Below are positions 20,903 to 29,943 of a stretch of DNA of 64,000 nucleotides, one piece after another. The stretch is from assembly GCA_051892935.1 (NCBI GenBank), contig JBJFGS010000031.1:32001-96000 (forward strand), given 5' to 3'. Positions within the stretch are counted from its first letter, which is position 1. Every line of letters starts with the position of its first letter. The stretch comes from Candidatus Coprovivens sp. GTDB lineage: Bacteria > Bacillota_I > Bacilli_A > RF39 > UBA660. The translations under genes and the position numbers were made by a program. Below the pieces are notes generated by a model. It saw nothing but the letters and a program-made list of their open reading frames with translations, did not search any database and was not told the origin of the DNA.

Positions 20903-21046
20903 ATTTTTTTGATTTAATAAAAGTCAAAAAGATTAATTCTAAGACCTTAGGCTTAGAATTCTAAAAGTTGAAACTACAGGTTCAACTTTGTTCTAAGAGA
21001 CTTATATTAATAAGGCTCTTAGAACTTAAATAAATCCTTAATTATT
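20903..21046. repeat. Triple-hairpin ~140-bp repeat, copy 2 (first hairpin inverted)
   Basis: Direct repeat of 19640-19782; 20935-20960 is the exact reverse complement of 19673-19698. Confidence 0.85.
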
Positions 21047-21113
21047 TTAAAGTAGTTATGTTATAATAATACTACTTGTATAAACTTAAATATTAAGGAG
21101 GTCTTGGATATAT

Positions 21114-23243
21114 ATGATATTAATAATAGCTGAAAAACCATCACTAGCTAGAAATATAGTAAGTGCTATTGGTAATATGAAAAGAAATGATGGTTTTTAT
21201 TCTAATAATGAATACGTAGTATCATGGGCTTTTGGTCATCTATTTAGTTTGGCAGATATAGAAGACTATGAAGATAATCCTCCTAAAGAAGTAAGATGGA
21301 AAATGGATAACTTACCATGTTTTCCTAAAAAGTTTAAATTTAATTTAAAGAAAGACTCTAGTAAACAAGTAGATGCTGGAGTAATGAAACAATTTAATAT
21401 AATAAGTACTTTATGTAATAGAGAAGATGTAGTAAAAATCGTTAATGCTGGCGACTCTGATCGAGAAGGAGAAATAATAGTAAGACTATGTATTGAGAAT
21501 GCATTAAAAACTGAAAAAGAAATATATAGATTATGGTTACCAGATCAGACAAGTGAAACTATATCACAAGGTTTAAAAGAAATGAAGTTAGATAGTGAAT
21601 ATGATAATCTAGCTAATGAAGGATTTGCTAGAACATATATAGATTGGCTATATGGTGTTAATTTAACGAGGTATGCAACACTTAAAACAGGTACTTTGTT
21701 AAGGGTAGGTAGAGTAATTATTCCAATAGTAAAAGCAATCTATGATAGAGATATGGCAATAAGAAACTTTGTACCAGAGATGTACTATGGTATGTGGAGT
21801 AATGAAGAAACTAATGGTGAATTAGTTGAATTAAATAGTAAAGAAAAGTTTGATAAAAAAGATCAAAAAAGAGCACAAGAATTGTGCGATAAATATAATA
21901 GTGTAGATGCTATAGTTGTGGATAAAAAAGTAAAAAAAGATACAATGAATCCACCTAAGTTATTTTCTTTAACTAAATTACAAAATTTATTAGGTAAAAA
22001 ATATAAAATACCAATGGATAAGTCTTTAGAAGTAGTACAAAGATTATATGAAAATGGTTATTTAACATATCCAAGAACTAATTCGGAGTATTTAGCAGTA
22101 GCTGAGAAGGATAAAGTTAAAAAGATAATTGATAATATTAGTAAGATAGGGTATCCAGTTAAGTTTAAGGATAAGAAGACAATATTTGATGATAGTAAGA
22201 TTGAGTCACATTCAGCAATAACTCCAACATATAAGATTCCTAGTAAAGAAAGTTTAACTGAAGAGGAGTTCTTAATATATCAGACTGTATTTAAAAGATT
22301 TGTTGCAGTATTCTGTAGTGATGAATGTAAGGTAGAGAAGACTGAGATTAAGATTAGTGTTGGTGAGTATGAGGATTTTGTACTTAAAGGTATGACAATA
22401 GTAGAACCAGGATGGACAAAGTTCGATTCTCCTAGTAGTAAAGATAAGATACTACCTAATTTAAGCATTGGTGATAAAGTTAATACGTTATTTAAGTTAA
22501 AAGAAAAAGAAACTACTCCGCCAAAACATTATACAATAGAAACTTTGAATAATTACTTAATGAATCCTTTTAAGGAAGATAAGAAAGAATTAGATGAAAA
22601 GTACGAAGAGATGAAAGAAGCAGGGGAAGAAGTTGATGATACTGAAGATTATAAAGCAATATTTGAGGGATTAGAACTTGGTACAGAAGCAACAAGAACT
22701 GGTATTATAGATAATGCTAAAAAATCAGAGTACATTGCATTAAAGAAGGATGTTTATACGATATTGCCTGCAGGAGAATTCTTAATAAATTCTTTAATGC
22801 AAATGGAAATATCTATGGATAAATATAAGACAAGTGAGATGGGCAAAGCATTAAAGAAAGTTTATCATGATGAAATAAGTGTTTCTGATTCTGTAGATTT
22901 AGCAAAAAAAGAGATACAAGAAGTATTTACAAAGAAGGAAGTAGCTATAGAAAAAGATACTGATATTGGATTTTATGGTGATGTAGTTGGTAAGTGTCCA
23001 TTGTGTGGTAGTGATGTTATAAAGAATAGATATGCATATGGATGTAGAGACTATCAAAATTGTAAGTTTAAAATAAGTACGCAAATATGTGGTAGATGGA
23101 TATCTAAAAGTAATGTAGAAAAGTTACTAAGTGAGGGGATGACTTCTAATATTGAAGGATTTGTTTCAAAAAATGGTAAGAACTTTAATGCAAGACTTAA
23201 ATTAGATAGTGATAACAAGGTAGTGTTTGATTTTAGTAATTAA
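21114..23243 (+). CDS. topB: Type IA DNA topoisomerase (topoisomerase III-like)
   Basis: IAEKPS, DSDREGE (Toprim), LTYPRT active Tyr, HSAITPT, LGTEATR, C-terminal Zn-ribbon/Toprim_Crpt-like. Confidence 0.85.
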   Translation: MILIIAEKPSLARNIVSAIGNMKRNDGFYSNNEYVVSWAFGHLFSLADIEDYEDNPPKEVRWKMDNLPCFPKKFKFNLKKDSSKQVDAGVMKQFNIISTLCNREDVVKIVNAGDSDREGEIIVRLCIENALKTEKEIYRLWLPDQTSETISQGLKEMKLDSEYDNLANEGFARTYIDWLYGVNLTRYATLKTGTLLRVGRVIIPIVKAIYDRDMAIRNFVPEMYYGMWSNEETNGELVELNSKEKFDKKDQKRAQELCDKYNSVDAIVVDKKVKKDTMNPPKLFSLTKLQNLLGKKYKIPMDKSLEVVQRLYENGYLTYPRTNSEYLAVAEKDKVKKIIDNISKIGYPVKFKDKKTIFDDSKIESHSAITPTYKIPSKESLTEEEFLIYQTVFKRFVAVFCSDECKVEKTEIKISVGEYEDFVLKGMTIVEPGWTKFDSPSSKDKILPNLSIGDKVNTLFKLKEKETTPPKHYTIETLNNYLMNPFKEDKKELDEKYEEMKEAGEEVDDTEDYKAIFEGLELGTEATRTGIIDNAKKSEYIALKKDVYTILPAGEFLINSLMQMEISMDKYKTSEMGKALKKVYHDEISVSDSVDLAKKEIQEVFTKKEVAIEKDTDIGFYGDVVGKCPLCGSDVIKNRYAYGCRDYQNCKFKISTQICGRWISKSNVEKLLSEGMTSNIEGFVSKNGKNFNARLKLDSDNKVVFDFSN

Positions 23244-23306
23244 GATGACTAAATTTAAATAAATATTTTGGCTAGTTATTTTTGTTTAAAAGAGAAAAGT
23301 TAAACA

Positions 23307-23665
23307 AAAAAAGTACTAAATTTGATGGTTTAGTACTTTTAAAATGTTTAAAAAACAAGTTTAGTTTAAAGTCTTTTCTTAGATGAAATAGTGTATTAAA
23401 ATATTCTTTCGAGACGACTTAACTTAGATGTTTAAACCTTTAATTTCGAAAGAAAGAAGGTGGTCCTATGAAGGGAAAAATACATGGAATACTTAGTTAT
23501 TCTAGTAGTACTACTTGTTATTGTAGAAAAGACTTTCAGGGGAGAATAAAAAAAGAGCAAACGAAAACATCTAATTGGAGTTAGATGTTTTCTCATGTTC
23601 AAATGGACTAAGAAACATCTGACTCTATTAAGACGTCTCTTTTTATATCCATTTATATTATACTA
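23307..23665 (+). repeat. Type I TA-like module, copy 1
   Basis: Near-identical to copies at 25184-25578 and 33697-34091 from ~23431 onward; 5' part diverged but keeps the AAAAGTACTAAA/TTTAGTACTTTT hairpin. Confidence 0.85.
23484..23549 (+). CDS. 21-aa hydrophobic peptide MEYLVILVVLLVIVEKTFRGE, putative type I toxin (copy 1)
   Basis: GAAGGGA RBS, hydrophobic core + charged tail; identical in three copies. Confidence 0.65.
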   Translation: MEYLVILVVLLVIVEKTFRGE

Positions 23666-23817
23666 TAAATAATGTAAAATAGTACTAAATATTTTTGTTT
23701 AGTGCTTTTTAAGTACTTAAAATAGAAGTTATAATTTCATATTGAAAAACTATAGATTAGTATAATTAATTTATAAGAAATAAAAAATTGTATGTTAGTA
23801 TGATATAATTTGTATAG

Positions 23818-24993
23818 GTGTTTTTTATGATAAAAGAAATATTTACAGAATTAATTTGTGAAGCCAAAGATGGAAAAGTTTTTATAGATGGTGAGGAATG
23901 GCCGATAGGTTTTAATACTGTTATATCAACTGATGGTCGTGAAGTCGTTTATAGAAATGAAAGGAATTTGTCTGAACTTATTATAAAAGATGAAGAAATC
24001 TTTCTAAAAGTATTAGAAGATTATGTTAATTTGGAGTTGTCTTATAAACGTAAAGTTCCTAGCTTTATTATGAATAAAGAGAGAAATACTATTAAATGGA
24101 TTATGGCTTACTTATTTGTTAATGCCACAACTGAAGATTTTATTAATCCTGTTTCTTATATGAAACGACGAATAGCTTTTTTGAATGATACAACATTTTC
24201 TTATTTAAATGAACCAGTTTCTTTGGAAATAGGGAATCACTTTTTAAATAGTTCTATTAAAATTCAAAATAGTATACATAGTATTGCGATGGAAACTCCT
24301 TATAGAATAGATATTTGTTTGGTAAATTCTATTGATAGTAAGGAAGTTTCTTATCCTTTAGCTACTGTTACTTATGGTATTTGTGAAGATAACGGCGAAA
24401 AAGTTTGTTATGTTTATAGCTTAATGAAACCTAAATCAAAAGTATCTACTGAAGAAGAAGCATATTATGATAAAAAAATAGCTCGTATGTTGTATAAATT
24501 AAATGAAGGTATAGAAAGTTATGAAGTTTCTGAATATTTCGATTATAAAGAAGGAAATTCAAAATATTATCCTGAGGGGAATATTACAGATGTAACTCCA
24601 TCGTTTATTTTATCTTTAAGTGTTTTTTTATCATTGTTGCAAAGAGAAGGTATTCATCATTTAAAAGCTATACCTTATTTGCCTGTTCGTTATTTATCTA
24701 GGGATATTATTGCTAGTGACGTTAAGGAAGAAGATACAAGGTATCAACTTAAACTACGAAATGATAAAATTCAAGAGAATATTACTAATAAGTTTATTAG
24801 AACATTTCGTAGAATAGCTTTTCATACTCCTGATGTAGAAGTTTTATCTGTACCTTATGAATTATCAGAGTATTTAGAATTAAATATAAAGGATAAGGAA
24901 CATATGATTAGTAATCCTATTTTAGAAGATGTTGCTGTAGCTGTTTATCAAATGGATGATAATATAAGAAAAGGATTTCATAAGAATTTTTAA
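23818..24993 (+). CDS. Hypothetical protein (391 aa)
   Basis: Long ORF with TGATATAAT promoter and AGGTG RBS; no recognised motif. Confidence 0.7.
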   Translation: MFFMIKEIFTELICEAKDGKVFIDGEEWPIGFNTVISTDGREVVYRNERNLSELIIKDEEIFLKVLEDYVNLELSYKRKVPSFIMNKERNTIKWIMAYLFVNATTEDFINPVSYMKRRIAFLNDTTFSYLNEPVSLEIGNHFLNSSIKIQNSIHSIAMETPYRIDICLVNSIDSKEVSYPLATVTYGICEDNGEKVCYVYSLMKPKSKVSTEEEAYYDKKIARMLYKLNEGIESYEVSEYFDYKEGNSKYYPEGNITDVTPSFILSLSVFLSLLQREGIHHLKAIPYLPVRYLSRDIIASDVKEEDTRYQLKLRNDKIQENITNKFIRTFRRIAFHTPDVEVLSVPYELSEYLELNIKDKEHMISNPILEDVAVAVYQMDDNIRKGFHKNF

Positions 24994-25098
24994 AGCGAAA
25001 AAATATGAGGCTTTTCTTCGTTTTTGTTTGTGAATATATTAGTAAATTAATGTTTATAGGTTTTATAGTTCAGATGATTGGTATGATATAATAAAAGT

Positions 25099-25257
25099 AT
25101 CTAATTATCTTTACATTTTTAGTCTTAAGCCTTTAGTTTTAATTATCTGTGTCAATATTAAGTGATATTAAATAAAAAATAATAATTGTATTTTTTATGA
25201 ATAGATACGTAAAAAATCAAATAAAAAAGTACTAAAAAAAATTATTTAGTACTTTTT
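25099..25257 (+). ncRNA. Putative crRNA-like / tracr-complementary small RNA containing a degenerate CRISPR repeat (25136-25174)
   Basis: TGATATAAT at 25084-25092; 25114-25171 aligns with the tracr locus 25777-25830; ends at the same terminator hairpin that follows the array. Confidence 0.45.
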
Positions 25258-25399
25258 AAATTCGTAAAAAACTATTTTAGTTTTTCTGCTTTTCTTTAGT
25301 ATAATAATATATTAAAATAGTGCGTTGAGACGTTTAAATAGGTGTTTTTAAACCTTTATTTTCGAAAGAAAGAAGGTGGTCCTATGAAGGGAAAAATAC

Positions 25400-25465
25400 A
25401 TGGAATACTTAGTTATTCTAGTAGTACTACTTGTTATTGTAGAAAAGACTTTCAGGGGAGAATAA
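25400..25465 (+). CDS. 21-aa putative type I toxin peptide (copy 2)
   Basis: Same sequence as copy 1; TATAAT at 25300-25305 upstream. Confidence 0.65.
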   Translation: MEYLVILVVLLVIVEKTFRGE

Positions 25466-25566
25466 AAAAAGAGCAAACGAAAACATCTAATTGGAGTTAG
25501 ATGTTTTCCGACGTTCAATTGGACCAAGAAACATCTGACTCTATTAAGACGTCTCTTTTTATATCC
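25463..25566 (-). ncRNA. Putative antisense antitoxin RNA (equivalents at ~23547-23650 and ~33976-34079)
   Basis: Minus-strand TATAAT conserved in all copies (25573-25578, with extended TG here); 12-bp stem 25479-25490/25497-25508 followed by a T-rich run. Confidence 0.5.
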
Positions 25567-25692
25567 ATTTATATTATATCATAATTATATTTGTTTTTGT
25601 TATAGTTTTAAATATTTAATAGTATATGGTTAAAATATATTTATTCTTAATATTAATTTTGTATATTTCTTTTTACCAATAAATACCAATAA

Positions 25693-25701
25693 TGTTATAA
25701 T
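25693..25701 (+). promoter_or_regulatory. Probable cas9 operon promoter (extended -10 TGTTATAAT)
   Basis: Consensus match; preceded by a TACCAATAA direct repeat. Confidence 0.5.
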
Positions 25702-25736
25702 ACAAGTAATTGGTGATGATATGAAAAACGATGACA

Positions 25737-25833
25737 TAAAAAAAGACGGCTAACCGTCCGAAACACATATTGTGAGCATTTAGGCTTAAAGCTTTATTTT
25801 AACTCTCTATGTCATCTTAAATGGTATTAAGAC
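25737..25833 (-). ncRNA. tracrRNA: tracrRNA
   Basis: 25-nt perfect anti-repeat (25806-25830); GUUAAAAUAAAGC nexus; GACGG/CCGTC terminator with T-run; promoter TTGACT-17-TAGTAT (25868-25840, extended TG). Confidence 0.92.
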
Positions 25834-25869
25834 AACTTAATACTAACAAAAAAATGGAGGTAAGTCAAT

Positions 25870-28800
25870 ATGAATAAAAAATATAATATAGGTCTTGATA
25901 TAGGAACTACATCTGTTGGTTGGGCTGTAGTTGAGTCAGATACACAAAAAATTATAAGAAAAGGAAAAGGAAAAAATCGTAAAGCACTTTGGGGTGTTAG
26001 ACTTTTTGAGGAGGCTTCAACTGCTGAAGGAAGACGAAGCTTCAGAAGTACAAGACGTAGATACGATAGAAGAAGAAATCGAATTAAGTTGTTACAAGAG
26101 GAATTTAAAAATGAAATGAATAATGTAGATCGTGATTTCTTTAAAAAATTAGAAGAATCAAAATATCATGTGACTGATAAGTTTAATAAAACAGTTGTAT
26201 TAACAGCAGAAGAGAAAAAAATGATTCGCGAGTATAATAATCAATACAAAACTATATATCATTTAAGAAGTCGTTTAATTAATGACGATAGTAAAGCTGA
26301 TATTAGATTGGTTTATTTAGCAATTCATCATATTATTAAATATCGAGGAAACTTTTTATATGCTGTTGATAATTTTAATGTTAGTAGTTTAAACATAGAA
26401 GAAAAAATAAGAGAAGTAATGTATTCCTTTGTTAATCTTGTTCCTGCATTAGGAATATCAGATGATTATGAAAATATTGTAAGCATTAATAAAATATCAC
26501 AAATAATGATTAATCCTTCTAAAAATGATGTAAAAGTAGAATTAAGAGAGGTATTAAAAGATTTTTGCAATAGTAATAAATTTGCAACAGAATTTTGTAA
26601 AATGATTGTTGGAAATAAATTTAATTTAAAAGATTTATTTGCTTTAGAAGAAATTAATAAATTACAAATTAGTTTTGATGGTACTGATTATGATGATAAA
26701 TACGAAGAACTAGAAAATATATTAGGAGATAAAATTGAAACTTTAGATTTATTAAAACAATTATATGATACGTTATTCTTGAAAAAACTATTTAAAGGTA
26801 AAACTAATGTAAGTTTATCAGAATTAATGGTAGACAAATATAATCAACATAAAAATGATTTAAGCTTATTAAAGCAATTATTTAGATATGATAGAAAAAA
26901 ATATAACTTAATATTTAGAAGTGTGACTGCAAGAAAAAAAGATAATAACCATACTGAAAGAAAAGAGTATATTTGCTATTATGAACAATATATACACAAT
27001 AAAATTTCTTTTTATGATTTAAGTAAAGAATTAGACAAATATATTCCTGATTTATTAGAATTAGCTGATTTAGAAATTTGTCAAAAATGGAATAGTATTA
27101 AAGAAAGGTATGCAAATGGAGATTTTTTACCAAGAATTACTGATTCAGATAATGGGAAATATCCATATCAATTAAATAAAGATGAGTTAGTTAAAATAAT
27201 TGAAAATCAAGGTAAATATTATCCATTCTTATTAAACGAAGTAAATGATAAGTATAGAATTGTTAAATTACTAGAATTTAAAATTCCTTATTATGTTGGA
27301 CCTTTAGTTTCTGATAAAAAAAGTGATTTTGCTTGGATGGAAAGAATAACACCTAATGTAAAGATTACTCCTTTTAATTTTGATGATGTTGTTGATAAAG
27401 AAACTACTGCCGAGAAATTTATAAAAAGAATGATATCTCATTGTTCTTATTTATTAGATGAGTATGCTTTACCAAATAATTCTATATTGTATTCTAGATA
27501 TAAAGTTATGAATGAATTAAAACAAATTAAAGTTAATGGTAATAAAATTCCTATTGATATTCAACATAAGATATTAAACGATTATTTTATGAAAACATCA
27601 GGTACTATTACAGATAATAAGTTTAAAAGTTATTTAAGAACTTTACCTGATTTTGGTATGTACGAAAATGATATTAATGTTACTGGTTATTCGGCAGATG
27701 GTCAATTTGCTAATAATATGCAATCTTTTGTAGATTTCTTTGGAGAGAATGGAATATTTGAAAGTACTTCGTATAACGAAGAAGATGCTGATCAGATTAT
27801 TGAATGGATTACAATATTCGATGATAAAGATGTATTGGAAAAAAAGGTTAGAAAAGAGTATAACGAGTTGGGTGAATTTAGCATTAAAAAGATAGTAAGT
27901 AAAAAATATTCTGGATGGGGAAGTTTATCTAAAAAATTATTATGTACACCTTATTATAAAGATAGGAAGTCAGGAATTAGTAAATCAATATTGGATTTGA
28001 TGTATGAAACAGAAGATAATTTTATGCAAATAATTAATAATGATGAATACAAATTTCAAGGATTGATAAAAGAAGAAAATGTTATTAAAGATACAACAAA
28101 AATAAATTATGATTTAGTTAAAGGATTGGCAACATCACCTTCTACTAAAAAAGGAATATATCAAGCCTTAAAAGTAGTAGATGAAATTGTTGATTATATG
28201 GGATATGAACCTGAAAATATCATGATTGAAATGTCAAGAAATGAAGATAAAAAAGAACGCAAGGATGATAGAAAAAAATATCTAACTAAGTTATATGATA
28301 AATTTAAAGAAGAAATTAACAATTATTCTCAATTGTCTTTAGAGCTAGATGATTTAGATAAAATTGATACAACTAGATTGTTTTTGTATTTTATTCAAGA
28401 AGGTAAATGTTTGTATACAGGAAAACCATTAAATGTGGATGATTTAAGTAGTTATGAAATAGATCATATAATACCAAGAACGTTAATTAAGGATGATTCT
28501 CTTGATAATAAGGCGTTAGTTTTAAGAGAGTGTAATCAGACAAAAAAAGATAGTTTTGTTCTTCCATCTATGTATAATACATTTGAAAATAGAAAATGGT
28601 GGCAACATTTAAAAAAAATTGGATTAATGTCTGCTAAAAAATTTCACAATTTAATTAGAACTGAATATAGTGATGAGGATATTCAAGATTTTATTAATAG
28701 ACAATTAGTTGAAACGAGACAAATAACAAAGCATGTTGCTAATATTCTAAATAATTTTTATGAAAATACAAAAATTGTATATTTAAAGGCAAATTTATCT

Positions 28801-29943
28801 CATAATTATCGTGAAAGATATGAATTATTTAAATTTAGAGAAATAAATGATTATCATCACGCTCATGATGCTTATTTAGCAGCAGTATTAGGTGAGTATA
28901 AAGAAAAATATATGACTAGAAACGTTAATTATGAAATGATGCGTGAATTAAATTCAAGGATTAAAAGTTCTGGTAATTACAAAAAATTTAATTATGGTTT
29001 TGTAATTAATAGCTTAGATAATGAAATAAATGATTGTATTTATGAATTATCTAAAAATATGATTAATAAAGATACTGGTGAATTATTATTTGATTCTGAT
29101 AAATTCAATAAAATAGTAGAAGATACTTTATACCGAAATGATATTTTAATTAGTAGAAAGACTGAAATTAGGAGCGGAGAGTTCTATAATCAAACTAAAC
29201 AAAAAAAGGGTGGCAAAGGTGTGCCTTTAAAAGGCAATATGCCGATTGAATTATATGGAAGTTATACTAGTTTAAATCCTTCTTATGCTGTAATGGTTAG
29301 TTATACTAAAAAAGGTAAAGAAAATAGAAAAATGGTTGGATATCCTATGTATTTTAATGGAAAAGCTGAAGAAGATAAAATATTATATTATAAAACTCTT
29401 TTAGGTTTAAATGAAAATGATAATGTTGAGATTTATGATAAGAAAATACCTTTTTACTCATTAATAAATTGGAATAATCAGGCGTGTTATTTAGTTGGGG
29501 CATCAGACAATGTAGAAGTATGTAATTCTAAACAGTTTAAATATTCAAAAGAGTTTATGAAAAAAAATAAATATTCTTTTAATGTTTTATTTAATGGAGC
29601 AAAATATGATGATGAAGAAAACTATAGTAAATCTTTAGATGAAATAATTAATTATATTGTTAATAGATTTGAAAAAGATTATGTTTTGTTTAGTAATTTA
29701 GTAGTAGAGTTAAAAAAGATTGTTAGTTATGGTGATTATTCTGTGTTTAATGTTCAGGAAAAAGAGAATATAATTAAACAACTTACCTTATTACTAAATT
29801 GTAGAAGTGATAATGCAAATTTCAAATTTTTAAATGATAAGTATTCAAGTGCGTTTGGTAAGAAAAATGATCGTATAATAGAAAGTTGTTTTGTATCTAA
29901 TTTATCTGTAACAGGGTTAAAGGAAAGTAAGCATGAGTTTTAG
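25870..29943 (+). CDS. cas9: Type II-A CRISPR nuclease Cas9 (1357 aa, catalytic residues intact)
   Basis: GLDIGT RuvC-I, Arg-rich bridge helix, IEMSR, DHIIP HNH, HHAHDAYL. Confidence 0.98.
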   Translation: MNKKYNIGLDIGTTSVGWAVVESDTQKIIRKGKGKNRKALWGVRLFEEASTAEGRRSFRSTRRRYDRRRNRIKLLQEEFKNEMNNVDRDFFKKLEESKYHVTDKFNKTVVLTAEEKKMIREYNNQYKTIYHLRSRLINDDSKADIRLVYLAIHHIIKYRGNFLYAVDNFNVSSLNIEEKIREVMYSFVNLVPALGISDDYENIVSINKISQIMINPSKNDVKVELREVLKDFCNSNKFATEFCKMIVGNKFNLKDLFALEEINKLQISFDGTDYDDKYEELENILGDKIETLDLLKQLYDTLFLKKLFKGKTNVSLSELMVDKYNQHKNDLSLLKQLFRYDRKKYNLIFRSVTARKKDNNHTERKEYICYYEQYIHNKISFYDLSKELDKYIPDLLELADLEICQKWNSIKERYANGDFLPRITDSDNGKYPYQLNKDELVKIIENQGKYYPFLLNEVNDKYRIVKLLEFKIPYYVGPLVSDKKSDFAWMERITPNVKITPFNFDDVVDKETTAEKFIKRMISHCSYLLDEYALPNNSILYSRYKVMNELKQIKVNGNKIPIDIQHKILNDYFMKTSGTITDNKFKSYLRTLPDFGMYENDINVTGYSADGQFANNMQSFVDFFGENGIFESTSYNEEDADQIIEWITIFDDKDVLEKKVRKEYNELGEFSIKKIVSKKYSGWGSLSKKLLCTPYYKDRKSGISKSILDLMYETEDNFMQIINNDEYKFQGLIKEENVIKDTTKINYDLVKGLATSPSTKKGIYQALKVVDEIVDYMGYEPENIMIEMSRNEDKKERKDDRKKYLTKLYDKFKEEINNYSQLSLELDDLDKIDTTRLFLYFIQEGKCLYTGKPLNVDDLSSYEIDHIIPRTLIKDDSLDNKALVLRECNQTKKDSFVLPSMYNTFENRKWWQHLKKIGLMSAKKFHNLIRTEYSDEDIQDFINRQLVETRQITKHVANILNNFYENTKIVYLKANLSHNYRERYELFKFREINDYHHAHDAYLAAVLGEYKEKYMTRNVNYEMMRELNSRIKSSGNYKKFNYGFVINSLDNEINDCIYELSKNMINKDTGELLFDSDKFNKIVEDTLYRNDILISRKTEIRSGEFYNQTKQKKGGKGVPLKGNMPIELYGSYTSLNPSYAVMVSYTKKGKENRKMVGYPMYFNGKAEEDKILYYKTLLGLNENDNVEIYDKKIPFYSLINWNNQACYLVGASDNVEVCNSKQFKYSKEFMKKNKYSFNVLFNGAKYDDEENYSKSLDEIINYIVNRFEKDYVLFSNLVVELKKIVSYGDYSVFNVQEKENIIKQLTLLLNCRSDNANFKFLNDKYSSAFGKKNDRIIESCFVSNLSVTGLKESKHEF

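Larger units (their letters stand above)
25184..25578 (+). repeat. Type I TA-like module, copy 2 (left flank of CRISPR-Cas)
   Basis: 25184-25463 identical to 33697-33976 (offset 8513 bp); 3' part closest to copy 1. Confidence 0.9.

Noticed and set aside
23240-23249. TTAAGATGAC, a 10-nt anti-repeat match at the topB stop upstream of TA copy 1
   Set aside because: Too short and in the opposite orientation to the other repeat-like flanks; plausibly chance
25052-25090. Possible second degenerate CRISPR repeat upstream of the one at 25136
   Set aside because: Requires many gaps; the spacing does not fit the 66-bp period and it overlaps the predicted promoter
25327-25555. GAGACG...CGTCTC ends interpreted as MITE terminal inverted repeats
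   Set aside because: Homology between copies extends beyond these motifs and there is no target-site duplication; better explained as 5'-3' mRNA pairing
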